From a virus (lineage: Duplodnaviria; Caudoviricetes): 52,772 bases of DNA. Shown here piece by piece: positions 45,707-52,772 of this stretch (its first letter is position 1; the number at the start of each line of letters is the position of its first letter). Position numbers and translations under genes: made by a program. Where the stretch lies: IMG/VR virus record IMGVR_UViG_3300048995_000004, positions 1-52,772 of that record. One strand, 5' to 3'. Under the pieces are notes generated by a model that saw nothing but the letters and a program-made list of their open reading frames with translations, was not told the origin of the DNA and did not search any database.

Positions 45707-45936
45707 CAGGATCCGAGACGACGACCGGGGAAGAGCTGGATGCGCTTGTCCTTCTCGTACGCGTACGGCGGGTTCGGGACGATGCAGTACGTTGCGTTCG
45801 GGTACATCGCTCCCGCCGTCTTGAAGACGACCAGGTTCGTGCCGCCGCCCTTCTCCTTGATGCCGTCGAGGATCTCGATCCACTCGTCGACGGTCAGCGG
45901 CTTGTCGGTCCCGGCAGGCAGTTGTGCGTCAGCCAC
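45706..45936 (-). CDS. Hypothetical protein
   Basis: 76 aa, overlaps the upstream stop. Confidence 0.65.
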   Translation of the reverse strand: MADAQLPAGTDKPLTVDEWIEILDGIKEKGGGTNLVVFKTAGAMYPNATYCIVPNPPYAYEKDKRIQLFPGRRLGS

Positions 45937-46741
45937 GCTCGTCCACCACCGGCGTACCGTTCACGGTCTCGGTGATGCCGACCGTGCCCTCGAGGGCCTG
46001 CTGGACGCCGGCGACGAAGTCCTTGAGCGGGATGCCCTCGCTGTCCAGGACGAGCACCGTGTCGATGTTGTCCAGGCCGATGAACTGCAGGAGGTTCGTC
46101 CAGGTGTACTGGCCGGTCTCCCTGCCGGTGATGTACCACATGCCGGCGGCCTTGATCGCGGCGTACTTGTACACCGTGCCGACGAGTCGGCTGTTGTTGA
46201 AGTAGTTCTTCTTCCAGGTGATGACCGTGCCGTCGACGAAGGCGTCGTCGTCCTCCGGCACGCCGCGGGCCAGCTCGGCCTTGCGGAGCATCTCGTCGGC
46301 CTGGCGTGAGTAGAAGTCGGCGTTGAAGGTCTTCATGTCCGTTCCTTCCTGGTAGTTCAGGAGCTCATTGTGGAGAGTCCAAGTGGCCTGGACGTCAGCC
46401 TTGCTGTAGGCCTGGACGAGCTGTGCACGTTCGGCCTTGGAGTAGTACTTGAGCTGCTGCTTGGTGATGGTCGGATACGTATCCGGACCATCATGTACAT
46501 CGAGGGGCGGATCTTCGTCCATGTGCTCGATGAAGTTGCTGATCACGTTGTGGATCGATCCACGTTGGATCACGCCGAACTCCGGGTACTTGTGGCACGT
46601 GACGTAGGCGACCGTCTTGTTGCTGAACGCAACGTCACGAAGCCACTCCAGGTACTGGAGCTTCTTCTCGTCCTCGGTCATCGGTTCGCTGAACCCGAAC
46701 GACTCGAACATCTCCCGGTCGTGATCTGCCATGTCTCCCAT
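45929..46741 (-). CDS. Hypothetical protein with an internal in-frame start at 46336
   Basis: AGGAGG SD at the 5' end; second SD AGGAAGGA before MKTFNADF. Confidence 0.7.
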   Translation of the reverse strand: MGDMADHDREMFESFGFSEPMTEDEKKLQYLEWLRDVAFSNKTVAYVTCHKYPEFGVIQRGSIHNVISNFIEHMDEDPPLDVHDGPDTYPTITKQQLKYYSKAERAQLVQAYSKADVQATWTLHNELLNYQEGTDMKTFNADFYSRQADEMLRKAELARGVPEDDDAFVDGTVITWKKNYFNNSRLVGTVYKYAAIKAAGMWYITGRETGQYTWTNLLQFIGLDNIDTVLVLDSEGIPLKDFVAGVQQALEGTVGITETVNGTPVVDERG

Positions 46742-46763
46742 GTGTTTACCTCCTCTCGTTACG

Positions 46764-46836
46764 TGCCCCTGGTAGGATTCGAACCTACGGAGTGCAACTC
46801 CTCCACGTTCGCGAGTGTAGCAGCGCTTACAGGGAC
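46764..46836 (-). ncRNA. tRNA-like element 2 (non-canonical)
   Basis: Acceptor GTCCCTG/CAGGGGC+A, U8A9, T-arm GTAGG-TTCGAAT-CCTAC; 73 nt; D and anticodon arms irregular. Confidence 0.6.
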
Positions 46837-47000
46837 GCCTATTCAGTTATCTAGTAGGTGCGCCGGTCATGTTGGTATATCAGCTCCAGACACCCTCGCA
46901 CATGGTCATCACCTCCGTCAGAACTGGTGGGCGGACATAGACATGGTTGCTAGACCATGATTCGGCCCTCCGTCCTTAGCGAATTTCTTCGCATGTAATA

Positions 47001-47030
47001 ATTATATAGGGGACCTCGCGCACCAATCTA
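47001..47030 (-). promoter_or_regulatory. sigma70-type promoter
   Basis: TAGATT-N18-TATAAT. Confidence 0.65.
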
Positions 47031-47054
47031 GCCCCCAACTTCAAGATCTTTTGG

Positions 47055-47843
47055 TCAGACATACCTCCCAGGGTTGAAGCCCTGGACCATCTCGGCGTTC
47101 ACCTTGAATAGGTGTCGGTGCTTCGGGGGGATGACACCCTGGTACCCGCAGTTGTGCGTAACGAGCACCTTCTTGGTGTTATCGTCAGTGTCGTGGTCGA
47201 TGACCGTAAGGCCTACCTTGTGGAAGCGTTCACCATCCTCCGCAGACAGTTCGAAGCGGAACTCCGCACCTCCGTGGCCACCGCCACCGGCTGCTACCGC
47301 CTTGGGGTCGTCCTTCGCCACTGTGCGGTGGGTCCAGTCGGGAGTGATGATGGCGTTCGGGTTGCCGACCATGCCGGTCCAGTACTCGTCGTGGCTGTCG
47401 GTCCAGGGTCCGTGAAGCCGAACCTCGATCTGGCCCTTCCGCTGGTAGTGCTCGGTCGCCTCGATGAGGTACACGTCCTCACCGATCGCGTCACGCTCCG
47501 GATCGCGGAACCCGAAGTGCGCCTCACAGTACAGGCTACCCTTGTGGGACCCCGAAGGCTTGGACGACATCATGGCACCTCGCATCGATGCCACGTAGAT
47601 GCCATCGTGGACGATCTCGTCGACCTTGTCCAGGATGGCCTGCCAGCGAGGATCCTTCGGACGATCCAGATCGAAGACGTCGTACACCCTCTCGTACTCG
47701 GGCTTCTTAGTGACTGCCCATCCGGAACGTCCCGGGATGTTCTGTCCCGTCAACTCCTCGAGCTGCGTCCGGAAGTCGCCGATCGCGTCGGTCGTGTCGT
47801 TGTCCTGGACGGCGATCTCGATTTCGACCTTGTATCGTGTCAC
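47055..47843 (-). CDS. Hypothetical protein
   Basis: AAGGAG SD, GTGA-coupled; VTRYKVEIEI... Confidence 0.75.
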   Translation of the reverse strand: MTRYKVEIEIAVQDNDTTDAIGDFRTQLEELTGQNIPGRSGWAVTKKPEYERVYDVFDLDRPKDPRWQAILDKVDEIVHDGIYVASMRGAMMSSKPSGSHKGSLYCEAHFGFRDPERDAIGEDVYLIEATEHYQRKGQIEVRLHGPWTDSHDEYWTGMVGNPNAIITPDWTHRTVAKDDPKAVAAGGGGHGGAEFRFELSAEDGERFHKVGLTVIDHDTDDNTKKVLVTHNCGYQGVIPPKHRHLFKVNAEMVQGFNPGRYV

Positions 47844-48079
47844 TGCATCCTCTCCTTCAGTGCCCGCCCTCCGGCGGTACGCTCGAACACCAGGTCGTAG
47901 TCCTGCATCCACATGCTGACGCAGTTCGCACACACGCGGTTCTGATGTCCGCAGAGTACTTCTGTGGAGATCATGATCTTGGTGTGCTTCCCATCCTCCT
48001 TGAAGATGGCATGCACGTAGGAGAAGCCGGAGAGCTGTCGGTCCTTCGGCACCTCCTTGTTCGGGAACGACTCAAGCAT
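47840..48079 (-). CDS. Hypothetical protein (Cys-rich)
   Basis: 'CGH..CANC'. Confidence 0.65.
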   Translation of the reverse strand: MLESFPNKEVPKDRQLSGFSYVHAIFKEDGKHTKIMISTEVLCGHQNRVCANCVSMWMQDYDLVFERTAGGRALKERMQ

Positions 48080-48383
48080 GAACCTTCCTCTCCAGATTGC
48101 ACATGTGCAGACCGTTTGCGGCCAGCATGTACACCTTGGCCATGATGGCCGCGTGGCACGTGTAGTACAGGCGGACGATGGAGCTGTCCTCCTGGTCCTC
48201 GTCCTCTAGCTGCCAGGCACTGCAGCCTGACTCCTCGAGTGCGGCTGAGTGAATCTGCAAGTTGATGTAGGTGATCCGCCCGCGTGCCATGATCTCACTG
48301 TTCATCATGACATCGTTCAGGAGACTGGCTAGGTGCTCCAGCTCATTTTGCGGCCGACTTGCGATTGCTTCCGGTACGCTCAC
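48072..48383 (-). CDS. Hypothetical protein
   Basis: AAGGAG SD before GTG 48383. Confidence 0.55.
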   Translation of the reverse strand: MSVPEAIASRPQNELEHLASLLNDVMMNSEIMARGRITYINLQIHSAALEESGCSAWQLEDEDQEDSSIVRLYYTCHAAIMAKVYMLAANGLHMCNLERKVHA

Positions 48384-48564
48384 GGAACTTGTACTCCTTC
48401 TCGATCTCGTGTGCGACGTGGTTGTCGTAGGTCCGCAGCGCGTCCTCGTAGGGCTTCCACTTACTACGAAGCCGTCCGCACTGACACACGGGACGATACA
48501 ACCGCTTGCGCTCCTGAAACCTCTGGAGCGCATGCCTAGCCTTGACCCACTCGGTGACTGTCAC
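48343..48564 (-). CDS. Hypothetical protein (CxC..H Zn-finger-like)
   Basis: GTGA-coupled; 'PVCQCGR..NH'. Confidence 0.6.
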   Translation of the reverse strand: MTVTEWVKARHALQRFQERKRLYRPVCQCGRLRSKWKPYEDALRTYDNHVAHEIEKEYKFRERTGSNRKSAAK

Positions 48565-48941
48565 AGGATCAACTTGTTGACGTTGCGCGTGTACAGTTCG
48601 TCCTTCATGGCCCAGTTGATCGCGTCGGTGGCGAGTGCGAGGGTGTGATGGAAGCTGTGGAACACGAACCACCAGTCACCCTTCTGGTCCATGAACGTGC
48701 ACTTGGCCTGCAACGCCCTGTTGTCAGCGTTCGTCGGCCACGACTGCATGATCGTCCACGTCTCGGCGTGCGTGTCGTAGTTACGCAACACCAACCAGAT
48801 CTCTTGTTCTCCGAGGAATTCCTCAGACGCTCTCAACAACACCACACGGGCCTTGTTGTCAGCTTTCACGAGCTCGAGATAACGTTCCTTGAGCCGTGCG
48901 ATCTCTTGTGCAACAACCAACGGATCGCTCTCTTCGGACAT
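48561..48941 (-). CDS. Hypothetical protein
   Basis: AAAGGAG SD; MSEESDPL... Confidence 0.7.
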   Translation of the reverse strand: MSEESDPLVVAQEIARLKERYLELVKADNKARVVLLRASEEFLGEQEIWLVLRNYDTHAETWTIMQSWPTNADNRALQAKCTFMDQKGDWWFVFHSFHHTLALATDAINWAMKDELYTRNVNKLIL

Positions 48942-49000
48942 GATACTCCTTTCGTTCGTTAGGACATGAAGGCTCACCCTCTCGGATGAACCAACACGAA

Positions 49001-49168
49001 CTAGCGACCTTGACGCTCTGCCTGGTCCGCAACCCAGGCTGCATGCTCTTCGGTGGTCAAGGTCTTGCCTCGACGGATCTTGGACCGTGCGTTGTTGGCC
49101 AGCGACTCCTGGCGGGTCGTGGTGATCACGACGACGTTGGCGTCCTCGTAGTGCCCCCAGCTAGACAC
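49001..49168 (-). CDS. Hypothetical protein (55 aa; not in the ORF track)
   Basis: GGGAG SD; VSSWGHYEDANVVV... Confidence 0.55.
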   Translation of the reverse strand: MSSWGHYEDANVVVITTTRQESLANNARSKIRRGKTLTTEEHAAWVADQAERQGR

Positions 49169-49364
49169 TGTGTACTCCCTTGGAGAACGTCTTGCCGCAC
49201 TGGTTGCAGGCCTCGTGGTCCGCTGCGGCCTGGTGCTCGTGAGGCAGGTTGTTGACGAACACCTCCTTGACGTATCGGTAGTCCTCGACCGTCAGCTTCT
49301 CCGAGATGCTGGATGCGTTCATGGCAGCGTCGAACGCCTTCACTGCCTCCTCGGTGGGGAACAT
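49161..49364 (-). CDS. Hypothetical protein
   Basis: GGAGG SD; MFPTEEAV...; CNQC. Confidence 0.65.
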   Translation of the reverse strand: MFPTEEAVKAFDAAMNASSISEKLTVEDYRYVKEVFVNNLPHEHQAAADHEACNQCGKTFSKGVHSV

Positions 49365-49561
49365 CAGTTGTCCTCCATCGTTGCTTTGGTCACGGTCCAG
49401 TCGGGTGCGTGGCCTGACATGTACAGGGCCACGAACGCTTCTACGGCCTCGATGTCCTCGGACTTGATGTCCTCTTCGAGGTACTCGTTCTCGCCGAACG
49501 TCCACAGCTGGACCTCTTCGACACTCTTGTCGGGAACTTCGACCTCGATGGTCAGCTTCAT
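49364..49561 (-). CDS. Acidic hypothetical protein
   Basis: MKLTIEVEV..., coupled. Confidence 0.65.
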   Translation of the reverse strand: MKLTIEVEVPDKSVEEVQLWTFGENEYLEEDIKSEDIEAVEAFVALYMSGHAPDWTVTKATMEDN

Positions 49562-49752
49562 CCCAACACCACTCTCAGGTCCTGGAACGGGCAGGCACAC
49601 TCGGCGTCTACGAAGACGAAGATCGAACGGTCCCACGGGTTCTTGGTGCTGAGCCGCAGCTCCTGGTGGTTGATGCACGTCAGGGTCTTATGGGTTGAAC
49701 GATCCTCCCAGTCGATCCCTGCCTCGGTCAGTTTGGCCAACCTTACGGACAT
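49558..49752 (-). CDS. Hypothetical protein (Cys-containing)
   Basis: AAAGGAGG SD; MSVRLAKL... Confidence 0.7.
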   Translation of the reverse strand: MSVRLAKLTEAGIDWEDRSTHKTLTCINHQELRLSTKNPWDRSIFVFVDAECACPFQDLRVVLG

Positions 49753-49830
49753 GGTAGTCCTCCTTTGTTTAACACCGCTGATACGGCGCACACAGAACAC
49801 CACACGGTGTTGATGTTCCATGCTCGTCGG

Positions 49831-50028
49831 TCAGAGATCCTCCATGTTCGTTTCGAAGTGGATGCTGAACTCAGGTGCCCTGTCGTCGTCCTGGAGCAGG
49901 GCGATCACGTCCATCTCGTCTACCGCATCCGCGGCCTGGAAGATGTCGTAGGCCAGGCACCTCTTGACGACCTTGTTCTTGACTTCCTCCACGGTACCTT
50001 CGATGTCAACGATCAGTGTCAGTCTCAT
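49831..50028 (-). CDS. Hypothetical protein
   Basis: AAGGAG SD, ATGA-coupled. Confidence 0.65.
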   Translation of the reverse strand: MRLTLIVDIEGTVEEVKNKVVKRCLAYDIFQAADAVDEMDVIALLQDDDRAPEFSIHFETNMEDL

Positions 50029-50396
50029 CGTCCGAACTCCTTACGTCCTTGTGCGTCGGAAACCAGTTGTCCGTTCTCGCGAACCTCGGTTCGAATGTAG
50101 GAACCTTGAGTGGTGTTCGCGTTCCGTGCTGACCTCAGCACCCCGATTCCCTCTTTTCGTGTACGCGTACCCGTGTGCGGGGCTGCGATCTCTTGTACCA
50201 TCGAGGTGTACTTGTTCCTTGACGTTCCGGGGACGCCTCTCAAAGATTGTTCGAACGTTGACACCGTAGCGCGGCCGCTGTACTTAATCTGTCCCTTGGA
50301 GGGAACTAGGCCTCGGTTGCCTTGTGCTACCTTGGCCCTACGGAACCGATTTACTAGTTCCTGTTCCTTGTCGGTGAATTTTGGTTTTGCGGCCAT
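50025..50396 (-). CDS. Basic hypothetical protein
   Basis: GGGGAGG SD, 123 aa. Confidence 0.65.
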   Translation of the reverse strand: MAAKPKFTDKEQELVNRFRRAKVAQGNRGLVPSKGQIKYSGRATVSTFEQSLRGVPGTSRNKYTSMVQEIAAPHTGTRTRKEGIGVLRSARNANTTQGSYIRTEVRENGQLVSDAQGRKEFGR

Positions 50397-50429
50397 GGTA
50401 AGCCTCCCCAGAATTTTGGTTTTTCTTTT

Positions 50430-50459
50430 ATTTTATAGCGGATCTCAAGCACCAATCAA
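50430..50459 (-). promoter_or_regulatory. sigma70-type promoter
   Basis: TTGATT-N18-TAAAAT. Confidence 0.6.
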
Positions 50460-50644
50460 GAGGCACTTTTCTTTAGCAGCCCTTCATAATAGTTGATCAG
50501 AGCCTGACCTTGCTGTTCATCGTACTGTCGCGCCACCTTGCACGCGGCCCGCATCACCTTGTCGAACGTGCTCACTGGAACTCTGTGCTCGAGGAGGGGT
50601 TGCAGTGCGGCCCACATCATGTCCTTGAGCGGATCAGTATCCAC
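50456..50644 (-). CDS. Hypothetical protein
   Basis: 62 aa, GGGAG SD. Confidence 0.55.
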   Translation of the reverse strand: MDTDPLKDMMWAALQPLLEHRVPVSTFDKVMRAACKVARQYDEQQGQALINYYEGLLKKSAS

Positions 50645-51023
50645 TGGCTCGTGCTCCCTCTCTGCGGTCCCTGGTGGTCATGGCCTGTAGGACCCGCTTG
50701 TTGGGGCGCCCTTGCCGATTCTCGCCACTAGGCACGTTGTCAGCGGTGGCCAGCAGCTGTAGCACTTCACCCCACGAGAGCTCGTACTCACGTGTACTGT
50801 AACCTGCCACCAATGTCGGCGTTGTGGTCTCTGCCCACACCGTGATCACAGTGTTTGCAGGACGCTTCTGGTCTCCCTGAGTCCACCGCTCGTTCTGGTT
50901 CAACCTCAGGACGGTGTTGAAGGCCCAGGCTTCGAGTTGCTCCTGGGTGTCGAATGTGACCTTGTACGTCGTGTGAGGACGTACAGGGTTTGCCTGTGTA
51001 GTGAGTATGGCTGTGTGTGACAT
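50634..51023 (-). CDS. Hypothetical protein
   Basis: AGGAAGG SD; MSHTAILT... Confidence 0.65.
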   Translation of the reverse strand: MSHTAILTTQANPVRPHTTYKVTFDTQEQLEAWAFNTVLRLNQNERWTQGDQKRPANTVITVWAETTTPTLVAGYSTREYELSWGEVLQLLATADNVPSGENRQGRPNKRVLQAMTTRDRREGARASGY

Positions 51024-51059
51024 CGTGACCCTTCCTATTCGTTTCACGAACTACTTATT

Positions 51060-51088
51060 ATTATACTAGACCCGATCTGGGAAGTCAA
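51060..51088 (-). promoter_or_regulatory. Near-consensus sigma70-type promoter
   Basis: TTGACT-N17-TATAAT. Confidence 0.75.
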
Positions 51089-51089
51089 C

Positions 51090-51420
51090 TCTGTCCTTTT
51101 TTACAGGTACTGCGAACGTTCCTGGTATAGTAGATACCATCTATGATACTAGGATCGCTAACAGGACTGTTAATATCGGGTGATACACCGCAAATTCATG
51201 GGTGAATGTTTACTTGTCCGAGTTACATTCTAAAACAACCCCTTCTTAGGTCTTAGTATAATTATGATTAGTTAATATAGGTTATGAGACGATGTTCTTG
51301 ACTTATACTGTGTTTTACAACCCTCTCTTAGTATTAGCTCAAGGGAGTAACCTAACTCCTCTTAATCCCATACTCCTAGTATAACTACGCCGTAATGCGG
51401 GTGCTGGGGAAGCACCCACA
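51090..51420. other. AT-rich non-coding region (candidate replication origin or control region)
   Basis: ~330 bp without an ORF, markedly AT-rich relative to the genome, several TATA-like tracts. Confidence 0.45.
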
Positions 51421-51423
51421 TTT

Positions 51424-51672
51424 TCACGGTCGAACGACCATTCTCGACCCATCGTGGATCCCACCACCACAGGGTTCGTAGATGCTTTCGGGATATGTGT
51501 GAACTACGTGGCCGCGGAACTCGGTGGCATATGCGCCACACGGATCTTCGTGACTTACCGATCCACCACCCAGTGTGGCGGGTATGAGAATGGCCACGAG
51601 GCCCAACCCGGGCAGGATGAGGGTGCAGTGGTCGAAGATGCCGACCACCACATCCACGAGGTACCTCTTCAC
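51424..51672 (-). CDS. Membrane-associated hypothetical protein
   Basis: 82 aa, hydrophobic N-terminal half, GTGA-coupled. Confidence 0.55.
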   Translation of the reverse strand: MKRYLVDVVVGIFDHCTLILPGLGLVAILIPATLGGGSVSHEDPCGAYATEFRGHVVHTYPESIYEPCGGGIHDGSRMVVRP

Positions 51673-51821
51673 AGTCCCATCGCCACTTCCCAGTAGAGGG
51701 GGCAGGCCTTCATGTCCTGCTCCTGGGACCAGATCCTATAGGCCCTGGCCTCCGGGGAGTCGGGGGACGGGACTCGGCCGTTGGCGACCTCTTCGATGTA
51801 CTGAGCAACTAGTGCGGACAT
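51669..51821 (-). CDS. Hypothetical protein (50 aa; not in the ORF track)
   Basis: GAGG SD; MSALVAQYIEEVANG... Confidence 0.6.
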   Translation of the reverse strand: MSALVAQYIEEVANGRVPSPDSPEARAYRIWSQEQDMKACPLYWEVAMGL

Positions 51822-51901
51822 GGTGATCCTCTCGTTGAGAGTCCCTGATTAGGACCCCTAGACCAGGTCCGTACTCCCTGTACGGGCCCGATCTGGGCGT
51901 T

Positions 51902-52057
51902 CTACTCCTGGGGGCCGACCTTGATGTCCTTCACCTCGAACCCTGTGTAGGTCTCGATGACCTGGGTGATCTGGTCCTTGGCCTGGGTGGGGGTAGGGGC
52001 ATCCCAGGGGGCCCCCGTGTAGACCACGGTGATGGTGATCTCCTTGATGTAGGGCAT
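51902..52057 (-). CDS. Hypothetical protein (51 aa; not in the ORF track)
   Basis: MPYIKEITITVVYTG...; strong third-position bias; flanked by hairpins. Confidence 0.65.
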   Translation of the reverse strand: MPYIKEITITVVYTGAPWDAPTPTQAKDQITQVIETYTGFEVKDIKVGPQE

Positions 52058-52092
52058 AATCCTATCCTCTCTGGTAATGGATCTTGAAGTAA

Positions 52093-52138
52093 GATCCTAG
52101 GAGGGGGTACCCTCTCTCGAGGGTACCCTACCTAGATC
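52093..52138. terminator. Long hairpin between terminal genes
   Basis: CTAGG..GGGTACCCTC/GAGGGTACCC..CCTAG. Confidence 0.55.
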
Positions 52139-52139
52139 C

Positions 52140-52478
52140 TTACTGCTGGAACCACTTGGTGGACTTCTTCTGGATGAAGATCAGGACCTGGTCCTTGGTG
52201 ACGACCTTGTTCCCCTTGTCCCCCAGGTACCCCTTGCTGTTGTAGATGTACATCATCTGCGGGGGGATGACCTTGATCATCTTCGTCTTGATGTCCTCGA
52301 TCTCGAGGGCCGCGTAGATCTTGTTGATGATCGTGGCCACCTGGTAGGGGGTGTACTGGTCCTCGGTGACCAGACCCTGGACGAGGTCCTCGAAGGTGAC
52401 CTCGGTGGTGGTCTCGACGACATCCCCCGTCAAGAGGTCCATCTGGTTGGTGACCTCGACGATGGTGTTCTCGGACAT
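52140..52478 (-). CDS. Early protein with an HTH-like core
   Basis: AAGGAGG SD; 'TPYQVATII..IPPQMMYIYNSKG'. Confidence 0.75.
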   Translation of the reverse strand: MSENTIVEVTNQMDLLTGDVVETTTEVTFEDLVQGLVTEDQYTPYQVATIINKIYAALEIEDIKTKMIKVIPPQMMYIYNSKGYLGDKGNKVVTKDQVLIFIQKKSTKWFQQ

Positions 52479-52570
52479 GGTGTTCCTCCTTCTAGAATGG
52501 TCTCCCTATGAGACCGGAAGGTATACCTCAGGGGGAGGTATGCCAACCTACCTATAGGGATGTTGGGAGG

Positions 52571-52600
52571 AAGGTAGGGTATCCACTGTTTAGTTGTCAA
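52571..52600 (-). promoter_or_regulatory. sigma70-type promoter for the first early gene
   Basis: TTGACA-N18-TACCTT. Confidence 0.5.
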
Positions 52601-52645
52601 GGTACAGGGTGTAGTAGTAGGAATGGGATGTTGGATTTTGTTTTC

Positions 52646-52772
52646 TTTTTTTTTTTTTTCTTATAACTATATTATAATGGGGATCTTGTAAAAGGTGGGG
52701 ACCGCTAGGTATGTCCCGCGGTAGGGTGGTTTTCAAGTGTTACCATGTGTATAATAAGCCCGGGCTTGAAAT
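52646..52772. repeat. Terminal 127-bp direct repeat (copy 2)
   Basis: Identical to 1-127. Confidence 0.9.

Noticed and set aside
45427-46836. Calling the two elements functional tRNAs, or a tmRNA
   Set aside because: No 7-nt anticodon loop with U33, no D-loop GG and no CCA; no tag-reading frame between the acceptor strands
52646-52772. 127-bp terminal repeat as a biological direct terminal repeat
   Set aside because: Its length equals a common assembler k-mer and it starts in a poly-T run. It is best read as circular overlap, and the physical ends cannot be determined without reads.

Overview
The window is an apparently complete ~52.6-kb tailed dsDNA phage genome (siphovirus-like, roughly 60% GC). 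A 127-bp overlap between the two ends closes the circle. An actinomycete host is inferred from codon bias and gene content. The + strand (170-20321) carries packaging, head, tail and lysis genes, including a G-GGA-AAC -1 frameshift tail chaperone. The - strand (20383-52478) carries a RuvC-like nuclease, a UDG-PolA fusion polymerase, RepB-type primase/helicase, an SSB/Sak4/exonuclease module, an SNF2 helicase and many small early genes behind sigma70-type promoters. It also carries a 7-deazaguanine DNA-modification cluster: queC, two queD, queE, folE, two dNTP pyrophosphatases and a divergent DpdA/TGT-like protein. No integrase or repressor was recognised. Most unusual observations: (1) three dispersed, orientation-independent ~110-bp elements built from TTAGA/TCTAA boxes phased at 11-12 bp; (2) two tRNA-sized elements with an intact acceptor stem and T-arm but non-canonical D and anticodon arms; (3) a secreted neprosin-like peptidase with an I36-like C-terminal domain inserted in the que cluster; (4) a deazaguanine cluster whose layout could support nucleotide-level G replacement; (5) strong GpC depletion in the last ~0.8 kb. 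All calls come from manual motif reading, and no database searches were run.
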